Origin: Actinomycetes bacterium
GTDB lineage: Bacteria > Actinomycetota > Actinomycetes > Nanopelagicales > Nanopelagicaceae
Assembly (NCBI GenBank): GCA_025355765.1
Contig: JANXZB010000037.1
Location: forward strand, 689-64,688
Reading direction: 5' to 3'
DNA: 64,000 nucleotides
Position numbers and translations under genes: made by a program. The notes beneath the pieces are model-generated. The model was not told the origin of the DNA. It did not search any database and saw nothing but the letters and a program-made list of their open reading frames with translations. Positions 1-9,589 of this stretch are shown here, in pieces. Positions within the stretch are counted from its first letter, which is position 1. Each line of letters starts with the position of its first letter.

Positions 1-513
1 CTTCTTTACTACAGAGGATTGGGTGTTGTCTCAGTTGGTTCGCTTCTTATCGCTGGATCAATTACTTATCTGCTCTTCCTTCTATTTGGAAAGTGGTTGG
101 GTTTCACTCTGACCCTGGCCGGCATCGCTGGTGCAATTGTTGCCATCGGTATTACCGCGGACTCCTTTATCGTGTACTTCGAACGTATTCGTGACGAAGT
201 GCGAGATGGAAGAACCCTTCGATCGGCGGTTGAAACTGGATGGATCCGGGCTCGTCGCACGATTATCGTGGCGGACTTCGTTTCGATCATCGCATCGGCT
301 CTTCTTTACATCTTTGCAGTCGGGGGAGTTAGAGGATTCGCGTTTACCTTGGGTCTAACCACGCTCATTGATCTTTTCGTGGTGTTCATCTTTACCAAAC
401 CAATCGTCACCGTTTTAGCGAAGGTGAAGTTCTACAGTTCGGGACATCCGCTCTCTGGTTTGTCTCCCAAGAACTTGGGCGTAGCCCCCACAACAGCAGT
501 CAAGGAGGCATAA
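1..513 (+). CDS. secD: Protein translocase subunit SecD, C-terminal part (5' end outside window)
   Basis: The frame is open from base 1 (LLYYRGLGVV...). It has SecD/F-type C-terminal TM helices and is followed 4 nt later by secF. Confidence 0.85.
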   Translation, partial: LLYYRGLGVVSVGSLLIAGSITYLLFLLFGKWLGFTLTLAGIAGAIVAIGITADSFIVYFERIRDEVRDGRTLRSAVETGWIRARRTIIVADFVSIIASALLYIFAVGGVRGFAFTLGLTTLIDLFVVFIFTKPIVTVLAKVKFYSSGHPLSGLSPKNLGVAPTTAVKEA

Positions 514-516
514 ACC

Positions 517-1596
517 ATGTCCAAGCTCAGTGGAATTGGCGGTCGTCTTTACCGCGGTGAAACTTCTTTTGACCTGATCGGCAAGCGCCGTCGTTGGTAC
601 GCCTTCTCAGGCCTATTGCTTATCATTTCCGCTATCGCTTTATCGGTTCAGGGTCTGCACCTAGGAATTGAATTCAAGGGCGGATCTGAATTTACGATTA
701 CTAAGACGGGCATCTCTTTACCTGATGCTCGCGCCGCTGTGGCCAGTACTCATGTTCCTGGTGACACAATCATTCAAAAGCTAGGCACGAACAAGATTCG
801 CGTTCAGACAGCTCCTTTGTCAACAGCTCAATCCAATCAAGTCCAAGATGCGCTGGCTGCGAAATTTGGAATAAGTCCGGGGTCAATTGATACGCAGATT
901 GTCGGTCCTTCCTGGGGCAAGGAAATTACTCGAAAAGCGCTCTATGGCCTATTCGGTTTCTTAATTGTCGTGATGTTGTATCTGGCGATGGCATTTGAGC
1001 CGAAGATGGCCATAGCGGCTGTAATAGCCGTTATACACGACGTCTTCATTACGGTTGGAATCTATGCACTCGTAGGATTTGATGTCACACCGGCCACCGT
1101 CATTGGTTTCTTAACCGTTCTGGGTTATTCGCTCTACGACACCGTTGTGGTCTTCGACAAGGTACGTGAGAACACGCGCACCATCACAAGCGGATCAAAG
1201 ATGACCTATTCGCAGGCTGCAAACCTGGCCGTCAATCAGACGTTAGTGCGTTCCTTCAACACATCTCTCATCGCGCTGCTTCCTGTGGCATCCATCCTCT
1301 TTGTTGGAGCCGGACTTCTCGGGGCTGGAACTTTGAAGGATCTCTCGTTGGCACTCTTCATTGGACTGGCAACAGGTACGTATTCATCGATCTTTATCGC
1401 TAGTCCAATACTCGCGCAGTTGCGCGAGAAAGAGCCTGCGATGCAGGCATTGGCAAAGAGGGTATCCGCCCGCACGTCGGCACCGGCTGAAGGCGCGGTT
1501 AAGGTAGCCGGGACTCAGGCTCGTCCTCCGTTGGTTCTCACCGAGGAGAAGCGCGGACCTCGCAATCAGCCTAAGAAGAAGAAAAAGCGTCGATAG
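517..1596 (+). CDS. secF: Protein translocase subunit SecF
   Basis: 359 aa with a typical SecF N-terminus (YRGETSFDLIGKRRRWYAFSG) and a six-TM SecD/F core. It sits directly after secD and has a Lys/Arg-rich C-terminal tail. Confidence 0.92.
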   Translation: MSKLSGIGGRLYRGETSFDLIGKRRRWYAFSGLLLIISAIALSVQGLHLGIEFKGGSEFTITKTGISLPDARAAVASTHVPGDTIIQKLGTNKIRVQTAPLSTAQSNQVQDALAAKFGISPGSIDTQIVGPSWGKEITRKALYGLFGFLIVVMLYLAMAFEPKMAIAAVIAVIHDVFITVGIYALVGFDVTPATVIGFLTVLGYSLYDTVVVFDKVRENTRTITSGSKMTYSQAANLAVNQTLVRSFNTSLIALLPVASILFVGAGLLGAGTLKDLSLALFIGLATGTYSSIFIASPILAQLREKEPAMQALAKRVSARTSAPAEGAVKVAGTQARPPLVLTEEKRGPRNQPKKKKKRR

Positions 1597-1644
1597 TTTT
1601 TTTAAGACGAAGGTCACCTGTACAACTGAAGTAGGCTTGCGCAG

Positions 1645-3804
1645 GTGGGAACAATGATCGCACCAGTAATAACGTCCTTACGCGATCATTACCCTGCCGT
1701 AAAGGTCGAAGACATCGAGCGCGCTTTCGCGGCCGCTAGTACGGCCCACGAAGGCCAGATGCGCAAATCAGGGGATGCTTACATCACTCACCCTGTTGCA
1801 GTGGCGCAGATTTTGGCCGACCTCGGCCTTAGTTCTGAGACGATCATCGCCGCGCTGCTGCACGACACTGTCGAGGACACTAGTTATTCCTTAAAGCAGA
1901 TTAAGAAGGACTTTGGCGATCAGGTCGCCGCCCTAGTGGATGGGGTAACCAAACTCGACAAACTGATCTACGGGCCAACAGCTGAAGCCGAGACTGTTCG
2001 CAAGATGGTTGTGGCGATGTCTCGAGACATCCGAGTCCTCGTCATCAAGCTCGCGGACCGACTCCATAATGCGCGAACCTGGAAGTACGTCTCCGCAGAG
2101 AACGCCGAACGAAAAGCACGCGAGACTCTAGATATATACGCACCTCTTGCTCATCGCCTCGGGATGAACGCAATCAAATGGGAACTAGAAGATCTGGCCT
2201 TTGAAGTCCTAGAACCAAAGAAATTTGAGGAAATCACGCGATTGGTGGCAGAGCGATCACCTTCGAGGGAGGCCTTGAGCGATGATGTCGTTGCCCTTGT
2301 TGAGCAAGATCTCAAACGTGATGGAATTGAAGCAACTGTTACTGGCCGGCAGAAACATTTCTACAGCGTCTATCAAAAAATGGTGGTCCGTGGCCGAGAG
2401 TTCAACGACATATACGATCTGGTAGGAATTCGTGTACTGGTCAAGGATGTTAGGGACTGCTACGCGGTACTGGGATCGATCCACGCCCGGTGGAGTCCAG
2501 TGCCCGGACGTTTCAAGGATTACATAGCGATGCCGAAATTCAACTTGTACCAGTCATTGCATACGACTGTTATTGGGCCATCGGGCAAGGCCATTGAAAT
2601 CCAAATCCGCACATTTGATATGCACACCCGCGCTGAATACGGAATTGCCGCCCACTGGAAATACAAGCAAGGTGGAGAGAACCAAAAGTCTCCTGAGATG
2701 CTCTGGCTGCGCCAATTGCACGATTGGCAAAAAGAGACTGAAGACCCAAGTGAATTTTTAGAGGCTCTTCGTTTCGACCTTGGCAGCCCCGAAGTATTCG
2801 TCTTCACTCCCAAGGGCAATGTGATCGCACTTCCCGGTGGTTCGACCCCGGTGGATTTTGCTTACGCGGTTCACACGGAAGTTGGCAATCGCTGTGTTGG
2901 CGCCAAAGTCAACGGTCGATTGGTCCCCTTGGAATCACAGCTCACCAACGGCGACGTGGTTGATGTGCTGACCAACAAGAGCGAGCACGCGGGGCCAAGC
3001 CGTGATTGGCTCAATTTTGTAAAAAGTCCCCGGGCTAGATCCAAGATCAAAGCCTGGTTCAGTAAGGAACGGCGCGAAGAGGCGGTCGACGCGGGGCGAG
3101 AATCCATCGCACGACAGATGCGCAAGGCCGGTCTGCCTCTGCAGAAGATCTTCGCCGGTCATTCACTTTTGGAACTAGCCCATGAGCTTAAATACCCGGA
3201 TATATCGGCCTTGTATGCGGCCGTAGGGGATGGGCATGTATCTGCGGCTTCAGTAGTTGAGAAACTGGTTTCAACGTTGGGAGTTGAGGATTCTCACCCT
3301 GAACCATCGATTGATACGACCAGCATCGGTCTTACCGGTTCCCGGAGATCCAGCAACGCCATCGTGGTTTCGGGCATTGACGATGTCCTTGTGAAGTTGG
3401 CACGGTGCTGCACGCCGGTACCAGGAGACTCCATTGTTGGTTTCATTACTCGCGGAAGCGGAGTCTCGGTTCACAGAAGCGACTGCATCAACGCGGCAGA
3501 TTTGAAGACTCATCAAGGCGATCGCATTGTCGAGGTCACTTGGTTGGCGGGTGCAGCGAGTGTCTTCCTGGTAAATATCCAGGTGGAAGCCCTTGATCGA
3601 TCGCGATTACTTTCTGATGTGACTCGAACGCTTTCAGATCAGCACGTGAATATTCTCAGTGCTGCAGTCAGCACGAGCAAGGATCGCACTGCCATCTCAC
3701 GATTTACCTTTGAGATGGCAGATGCAACTCACTTGGATTCTGTCTTATCAGCAGTGCGACAAATCGAAGGCGTGTACGACGTGTATAGGACGACCAACAA
3801 CTAG
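1645..3804 (+). CDS. rel: Bifunctional (p)ppGpp synthetase/hydrolase Rel (RelA/SpoT homologue)
   Basis: 719 aa with the HD hydrolase motif (HPVAVA...HDTVEDT), a RelA/SpoT synthetase core, and TGS and C-terminal ACT-like regions. GTG start; an alternative ATG lies at 1654. Confidence 0.95.
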   Translation: MGTMIAPVITSLRDHYPAVKVEDIERAFAAASTAHEGQMRKSGDAYITHPVAVAQILADLGLSSETIIAALLHDTVEDTSYSLKQIKKDFGDQVAALVDGVTKLDKLIYGPTAEAETVRKMVVAMSRDIRVLVIKLADRLHNARTWKYVSAENAERKARETLDIYAPLAHRLGMNAIKWELEDLAFEVLEPKKFEEITRLVAERSPSREALSDDVVALVEQDLKRDGIEATVTGRQKHFYSVYQKMVVRGREFNDIYDLVGIRVLVKDVRDCYAVLGSIHARWSPVPGRFKDYIAMPKFNLYQSLHTTVIGPSGKAIEIQIRTFDMHTRAEYGIAAHWKYKQGGENQKSPEMLWLRQLHDWQKETEDPSEFLEALRFDLGSPEVFVFTPKGNVIALPGGSTPVDFAYAVHTEVGNRCVGAKVNGRLVPLESQLTNGDVVDVLTNKSEHAGPSRDWLNFVKSPRARSKIKAWFSKERREEAVDAGRESIARQMRKAGLPLQKIFAGHSLLELAHELKYPDISALYAAVGDGHVSAASVVEKLVSTLGVEDSHPEPSIDTTSIGLTGSRRSSNAIVVSGIDDVLVKLARCCTPVPGDSIVGFITRGSGVSVHRSDCINAADLKTHQGDRIVEVTWLAGAASVFLVNIQVEALDRSRLLSDVTRTLSDQHVNILSAAVSTSKDRTAISRFTFEMADATHLDSVLSAVRQIEGVYDVYRTTNN

Positions 3805-5090
3805 TTGAAATCGGCCAGGCTCTTCTCGGCTTCTTCCAACCATAGACGACGCGCTGCGGCGGCATCTTGCGCCTCTTTCGCCTTCTTGGCATTTCCAAGC
3901 GAAGTGGCCTTCTCAGCCTGCTTTTCGTAATTAGCAACAGCTTCTGCAAGCTGGCGGACAACTTCGGTTGCACGAGCTTTAGCGACAGGGTCGATCTTGC
4001 GCCACCGCACTTCTTCGGCCGCCTTGATTTCAGTTTCGACCTTAGAGAAACGAGATTCGAAGGCGGCTTTCTTATCGCGCTGGGTCATGCCGATTCGATC
4101 CCATTGACGAGCCAACTCGCGGAACGTCTTCACCGCATTTTCAACGTTCGTGATCGGAAGGAGCGCCTCGATCTCTTGGATAAGCGCCTCTCGCTTGGCC
4201 AGATTTGCATCCATCTGCTCATCGCGTTTGGCTAAGTCTGCATTCTTGGCTGCAAAGAACTGATCTTGTGCGGCTTTGAAGCGATTCCACAATTTAGCGT
4301 CTTCGCCCTTCTTGCCTCGGCCGGTCGCCTTCCATTGATCCATAAGAACTTTGAAACGTTTTGCAGTCGGAACCCATTGGGTTGAAGTTGCGAGCTGCTC
4401 GGCCTCTGTCACGAGTTCCACTTTCGCGCTGGCGACTTTCTCTTGGATCGCGTCAACGGCAGCAAAATGCGTTCTGCGTCGCTTGTCGAACTTGTTGCGT
4501 GAGGCCGAAAAGCGCTTCCAAAGATCGGCATCAGATTTCTTGTCGAGCCTTGGCGCTGCTTTCCATTCTTCAAGCAGAACCTTGAGACGATCACCGGTGC
4601 TCTTCCAGCTCTCTGACATAGCAAGTGACTCTGCTTCGGCAACGATCTTTTCTTTGGACTCAAGTATCACTAGTCGTTCTGCGGCCTTGGTGGCACTCTC
4701 GACAGCTTTCTTGGCTTCATATGCGCCACGGTTGCCTTCGATAAGCGGTGGAATCTGTTCTAGTGAAGAGGCCAGGGCGGCCAGGTCGCCAACACCGTTG
4801 AGTTCTTTTATTTGCTGGCGCAAACGTCCGACCGCCGCATTTGCATCCGATGGCACCATTGCACCGCTTGTGACTCGCGCAGCTAGTAGGGCAACCTCGG
4901 AGGCCATTGCTTCAAATTTGCGAACGAAATAGGCAAGTGCTTCTTCCGGGCTTTTGCCAGGGTAGGAGCCGACGGCTTTATCGCCTTCGGGAGTTATGAC
5001 GTATACCGTTCCATCTTCGCCGACTCTTCCGAATTGAGCTGGATCTCCAATAAGGGCCGATGCTGCGGTGGGGGTTGTAATCTCGGACAT
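3801..5090 (-). CDS. DUF349 domain-containing protein
   Basis: 429 aa, highly charged and helical. It carries about three repeats of the DUF349 signature (W..K..G...LW.RF...F). Confidence 0.8.
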   Translation of the reverse strand: MSEITTPTAASALIGDPAQFGRVGEDGTVYVITPEGDKAVGSYPGKSPEEALAYFVRKFEAMASEVALLAARVTSGAMVPSDANAAVGRLRQQIKELNGVGDLAALASSLEQIPPLIEGNRGAYEAKKAVESATKAAERLVILESKEKIVAEAESLAMSESWKSTGDRLKVLLEEWKAAPRLDKKSDADLWKRFSASRNKFDKRRRTHFAAVDAIQEKVASAKVELVTEAEQLATSTQWVPTAKRFKVLMDQWKATGRGKKGEDAKLWNRFKAAQDQFFAAKNADLAKRDEQMDANLAKREALIQEIEALLPITNVENAVKTFRELARQWDRIGMTQRDKKAAFESRFSKVETEIKAAEEVRWRKIDPVAKARATEVVRQLAEAVANYEKQAEKATSLGNAKKAKEAQDAAAARRLWLEEAEKSLADFN

Positions 5091-5235
5091 GTCATATTCC
5101 TTTCAGCGCGGTTGGCCACAAGTGGACCGTCGCTATCGGCGTGCATTGGCTGGGCATTCTGCCTAGTCGTGAAGGTGGATCCGTACGGGGTAAAAGGTAC
5201 CCTGTATCTGGAACGTGCGGAAATGGAGGATTTCA

Positions 5236-5892
5236 GTGCTTGTTGCCTCATTTGCCGCACCTGCTTTTGCGACCAATTGCTGGATTATCGCCCCAGGTGA
5301 GGGGCAGGAGTGCATCGTCATCGACCCAGGAATGCCAGATGTCTCCTTTGAGGTGATGAAGATCTGCCAGGAACATGAATTGAAGCCAATTGCGACGCTC
5401 GTAACGCACGGACACTTGGACCATACCTTCTCAGTTGTCCCCGTGTGCCATGGTTACGGAATCCCGGCTTACATTCATACCGAGGATCGGATCCTGCTAA
5501 AGAATCCTGAAAAGGCCCTGAGCCAAGTTTTTGCCGCATCCCTTGAAGGAATGGCCTTCGCGGAGCCACCAGATGTTAGAGAATTAAGAAATGGCGACCT
5601 TCTGGACTTCTTGGATATGAAGATTCAAGCTATTCACGCGCCCGGGCATACTCGCGGCTCTCTCCTTTTTAAGATCAATGACGAAATCTTGGTCAGCGGA
5701 GACGTCTTATTTGCCGGTTCCATTGGTAGAACTGATCAACCAACCGGTTCTTCCAAAGACATGGAAAATACGTTGCGCAAAAAGATATGGCCCATGCCTG
5801 ACCACCTAAGAGTCCTGCCCGGTCACGGTCCCGAGACATCGATCGGACACGAACGCAGAGTCAATCCCTACTTGAAGAATCTGGGTAAATAA
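5236..5892 (+). CDS. MBL-fold metallo-hydrolase (glyoxalase II-like)
   Basis: Has the THGHLDH (HxHxDH) motif and downstream His/Asp ligands. I moved the start to the GTG at 5236, which follows a GGAGGA RBS (the ORF track starts at 5215). Confidence 0.85.
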   Translation: MLVASFAAPAFATNCWIIAPGEGQECIVIDPGMPDVSFEVMKICQEHELKPIATLVTHGHLDHTFSVVPVCHGYGIPAYIHTEDRILLKNPEKALSQVFAASLEGMAFAEPPDVRELRNGDLLDFLDMKIQAIHAPGHTRGSLLFKINDEILVSGDVLFAGSIGRTDQPTGSSKDMENTLRKKIWPMPDHLRVLPGHGPETSIGHERRVNPYLKNLGK

Positions 5893-5894
5893 CT

Positions 5895-7157
5895 ATGAAG
5901 TACCAAGCACCAAAGGGTGTCATCGAATATTTCCCACCCCGGTCACGTTCATTTGAATGGGTCCGAGCGACGTTACTTTCTCAGATCAAACGCTCTGGAT
6001 ACCAATTGTTACAACTACCGGTTTTCGAAGACACAGAATTGTTTACTCGTGGCGTTGGAGCGTCAACTGATGTTGTTTCCAAGGAGATGTACACCTTCGA
6101 GGATCGGGGAGGGCGCTCCATAACACTGCGTCCGGAGGGCACTGTCGGTGCCCTTCGTTCGATAATTGAACACGGGCTTGATCGAGGCGCATTGCCCGCC
6201 AAAGTTTTCTACAGTGGTGCCTTCTTCCGTGCAGAACGTCCTCAAGCCGGCCGGGGCCGCCAATTTTATTCTGTCGGTGTTGAAGCAGTCGGGTCTGATG
6301 ATCCCGCCTTGGATGCCGAGGTAATTGCTATAGCCGATGCGGGTTTCCGCGCCCTTGGCCTCAAGCAATTCAAACTGGAAATTACCTCCCTTGGAGATGC
6401 GCAGACTCGTGCGCTATACCGCGTGGATCTTCTTGCCTTCATCGAAGGTCTAGATTTAGATCAAGCGACACTTGTGCGCGCGGAGATTAATCCGCTGAGA
6501 CTTTTTGACGACAAGCGGGAGGAAATTCGCGATCTTATGTCAAAGGCGCCGAAGCTTCTTGATTATTTATCTGAAGAATCCAGGACCCATTTCGAGGCGG
6601 TTCAAGGATATTTGCGTGATCTAAATATTGATTTCGAAATAAATCCCAGAATGGTTCGCGGCTTGGATTACTACACCGGAACAACTTTCGAATTCGTTCA
6701 TGAACTATTAGGCGCACAATCAGGAATCGGCGGGGGAGGTCGCTATGACGGCCTCATGGAGCAGATCGGCGGTCAACCTTTATCAGGAATTGGATTTGGG
6801 CTTGGCGTGGATCGAGCCCTTCTCGCGGCAGAGGCCGAGGGAGTCGTTGACCAGGCTGCATTCCTCACTGATCTGTACTTGATCCCGTTGGGTACAAAGG
6901 CCAAGACCGTCGCGCTGTCATTGTCACAGGAATTGAGGGCTCACGAACTCACGGTCGAGATTGCATTTGGCGATAGGGCGCTCAAGACCGCAATGAAAAG
7001 TGCGGATAAGAGCGGGGCTCGTTACGTGGTCATCATCGGAGACACAGAACTCAACTCGGGAAGCGTGGATCTCAAGCAAATGCGCAGCGGTGAGACGACC
7101 TCAGTTACTCTGTCCTCCTTAGTCTCGACTCTTTCAGCGGAGCTATTAACTTGGTAA
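5895..7157 (+). CDS. hisS: Histidine--tRNA ligase
   Basis: 420 aa with class II aaRS HisRS motifs ([17 protein letters not shown]) and an anticodon-binding C-terminus. Confidence 0.95.
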   Translation: MKYQAPKGVIEYFPPRSRSFEWVRATLLSQIKRSGYQLLQLPVFEDTELFTRGVGASTDVVSKEMYTFEDRGGRSITLRPEGTVGALRSIIEHGLDRGALPAKVFYSGAFFRAERPQAGRGRQFYSVGVEAVGSDDPALDAEVIAIADAGFRALGLKQFKLEITSLGDAQTRALYRVDLLAFIEGLDLDQATLVRAEINPLRLFDDKREEIRDLMSKAPKLLDYLSEESRTHFEAVQGYLRDLNIDFEINPRMVRGLDYYTGTTFEFVHELLGAQSGIGGGGRYDGLMEQIGGQPLSGIGFGLGVDRALLAAEAEGVVDQAAFLTDLYLIPLGTKAKTVALSLSQELRAHELTVEIAFGDRALKTAMKSADKSGARYVVIIGDTELNSGSVDLKQMRSGETTSVTLSSLVSTLSAELLTW

Positions 7158-7194
7158 GGCCGATGAGATTTGGCCAGAATGTGTGGAGCATAAA

Positions 7195-8940
7195 ATGTTA
7201 AGAACTCACGGCGCCGGAACCCTGAGAAAGTCCGATGTAGGATCGACCGTTGACTTGGCTGGCTGGGTTTCTCGTCGTCGCGACCATGGTGGAGTCGCCT
7301 TCATTGATTTACGCGATGCATCTGGTTCCGTCCAAGTTGTTATCCGCGATGAGAAGATCGCCGGCGTCTTACGCGCAGAGTGGTGCGTAAAGATTGTTGG
7401 CGAAGTCCTCGAACGGCCATCTGGCAACGAGAACACCTCTCTTGCAACTGGAGACATTGAAATCATGGCCGATCAGGTCATAGTCCTCAGCGAATCTGCT
7501 CCACTTCCGTTCCCCATCGATAGCGGCGATGACGCCGAGATCAATGAAGAAGTTCGGCTGCGTTACAGATATCTAGATCTGCGTCGAGAAAAGCCTGGTC
7601 GTAATCTTCGACTTCGCTCGAAAGTGACCTCTGTTATTCGCAACGTGATGGACGAGCAAGAATTTCTCGATATCGAGACCCCATACCTCACGCGCTCAAC
7701 TCCAGAGGGCGCACGAGACTTCCTTGTTCCTGTTCGTTTGCAACCGGGGAGTTGGTATGCCCTTCCTCAGTCACCACAACTCTTCAAACAGTTGTTGATG
7801 GTTGCTGGGATGGAGAAGTACTACCAGATTGCGCGTTGCTTCCGAGATGAAGATTTCAGAGCAGATCGCCAACCAGAGTTCACGCAACTCGATATTGAGA
7901 TGTCTTTCATCGATCAAGAGGACATTCTGGCTGTTGCCGAGAATCTTCTGGTGCGTCTCTGGAAGGAAGTTGCCAACTACGACATCACTCTTCCCATACG
8001 TCGCATGACTTATGCCGATGCGATGACCAACTACGGCTCGGACAAACCCGATCTTCGCTTTGGTCAGCAAATTGGCGAGGTCACCTCATTCTTCGCTCAG
8101 ACTCAGTTCCGAGTCTTCCAAGCCCCATATGTGGGCGCTGTCGTCATGCCAGGTGGAGCAAGTTCGCCCCGTCGAGAACTGGATGCGTGGCAGGAATGGG
8201 CCAAGACCCGGGGAGCAAAAGGCCTTGCCTACATTCTGGTAAATGCAGATGGCACTCTGGGGGGACCTGTCGCTAAGAATCTCTCCGAAGATGAACTCGC
8301 GGGGATTGCAGCCGCCGCAGGGGCCAACCCAGGCGATGCCATTTTCTTTGCCGCCGGCGAAAAGGTTTCCTCGCAATCACTTCTAGGTGCGGTCCGCTTG
8401 GAAATCGGCAAGAGGTGCAACCTCATCGCCGAAGGCACTTGGGAATTTTTATGGGTTCTAGACGCCCCCATGTTTGAGCCAACCGATAACGGCGGCTGGA
8501 CAGCGGTTCATCACCCCTTCACCGGGCCAAAGCCGGAGTTTGCGACTTCCTTTGCAGAGAATCCGGGCCAAGCTTTGGCGTACGCGTACGACATCGTCCT
8601 TAACGGCAGCGAACTTGGCGGCGGTTCAATCCGTATCCACGATCGCGAGATGCAGCGAAAAGTCTTCGAGGTAATTGGGCTAAGCGATGAAGAGGCTGCT
8701 AGCAAGTTTGGGTTCCTCCTTGAGGCGTTCAACTATGGTCCGCCACCGCATGGAGGCATAGCGCTTGGACTTGATCGTGTCTGCGCTCTCCTTACGGATT
8801 CCGATTCCATTCGAGAAGTGATTGCCTTTCCAAAGACGGCAAGCGGAGGAGATCCTTTGACGGGTGCACCAACCCCGATTACACAGGCTCAGCGCAAGGA
8901 AAGTGGCATCGACGCCATTACAGATAAGTCAGGAAAATAG
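7195..8940 (+). CDS. aspS: Aspartate--tRNA ligase
   Basis: Typical AspRS N-terminus ([11 protein letters not shown]), OB fold, QSPQLFKQ motif and class II catalytic core. The ORF track starts 12 nt upstream at a GTG. Confidence 0.95.
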   Translation: MLRTHGAGTLRKSDVGSTVDLAGWVSRRRDHGGVAFIDLRDASGSVQVVIRDEKIAGVLRAEWCVKIVGEVLERPSGNENTSLATGDIEIMADQVIVLSESAPLPFPIDSGDDAEINEEVRLRYRYLDLRREKPGRNLRLRSKVTSVIRNVMDEQEFLDIETPYLTRSTPEGARDFLVPVRLQPGSWYALPQSPQLFKQLLMVAGMEKYYQIARCFRDEDFRADRQPEFTQLDIEMSFIDQEDILAVAENLLVRLWKEVANYDITLPIRRMTYADAMTNYGSDKPDLRFGQQIGEVTSFFAQTQFRVFQAPYVGAVVMPGGASSPRRELDAWQEWAKTRGAKGLAYILVNADGTLGGPVAKNLSEDELAGIAAAAGANPGDAIFFAAGEKVSSQSLLGAVRLEIGKRCNLIAEGTWEFLWVLDAPMFEPTDNGGWTAVHHPFTGPKPEFATSFAENPGQALAYAYDIVLNGSELGGGSIRIHDREMQRKVFEVIGLSDEEAASKFGFLLEAFNYGPPPHGGIALGLDRVCALLTDSDSIREVIAFPKTASGGDPLTGAPTPITQAQRKESGIDAITDKSGK

Positions 8941-8944
8941 ATCA

Positions 8945-9589
8945 ATGCGCTCCCGCGGGATAGCTGCAATTGTTCTGGTCGCGCTTTTACTGACAAGTTG
9001 CGCGCAACCATCGCACAAATACGCATCATCTAAATCCGAAGGTGTGTACTTCACCGTTCCGAACACCTGGCACGAGATAACGATGAAGGCGCTGAACTCG
9101 CAAGAGGCGAAGTCATCTGCAGTGGGTGCCACTGAGAAACTTGCCTTGGTCAAATGGCAGGAAGCCTATTCCCCGGATAATAAGGTTGGCCCGAAGGAGA
9201 CCTTTAGTCTGACTCCGACGAGTTCTCCGCTGGCCTTTGTTCGAGTTCGCGATCTTTTTCCAGATGAGATCAACGCTGTTTCCTACAACACTTTGCGTGA
9301 CATTGTTCAGCCTGTGACGGATTGGGTTAACAATCCCACCGCGACAACGCCAATTTACAACATCATTGACGACCACGAAGTGATTCAAAAAGGTGGGCGG
9401 GGAGTTCGCACTATCTACAATTTTGTTAAATCCGGTGTATCGCAGACGGTGGATCAGACCGCATTGATGTCTGCCGATCACACCAAGATCTATGTATTCG
9501 TCTTGCGTTGCACCACCACGTGTTATAACAAGAACATCAAGGAAATTTCCCGAATTGCCGATTCTTTTACCGTAAGGGGAGCTAAGTGA
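8945..9589 (+). CDS. Putative lipoprotein of unknown function
   Basis: An internal ATG gives MRSRGIAAIVLVALLLTSC with a lipobox-like LTSC, 5 nt after the aspS stop. Its stop overlaps the next gene's GTG (GTGA). Confidence 0.7.
   Translation: MRSRGIAAIVLVALLLTSCAQPSHKYASSKSEGVYFTVPNTWHEITMKALNSQEAKSSAVGATEKLALVKWQEAYSPDNKVGPKETFSLTPTSSPLAFVRVRDLFPDEINAVSYNTLRDIVQPVTDWVNNPTATTPIYNIIDDHEVIQKGGRGVRTIYNFVKSGVSQTVDQTALMSADHTKIYVFVLRCTTTCYNKNIKEISRIADSFTVRGAK

Noticed and set aside
1540-1596. The Lys/Arg-rich tail of SecF (PKKKKKRR), encoded by an A-rich run that could be a slippery or frameshift site.
   Set aside because: The frame ends cleanly at a stop codon and no downstream ORF continues in another frame. 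It is most simply a basic cytoplasmic tail.
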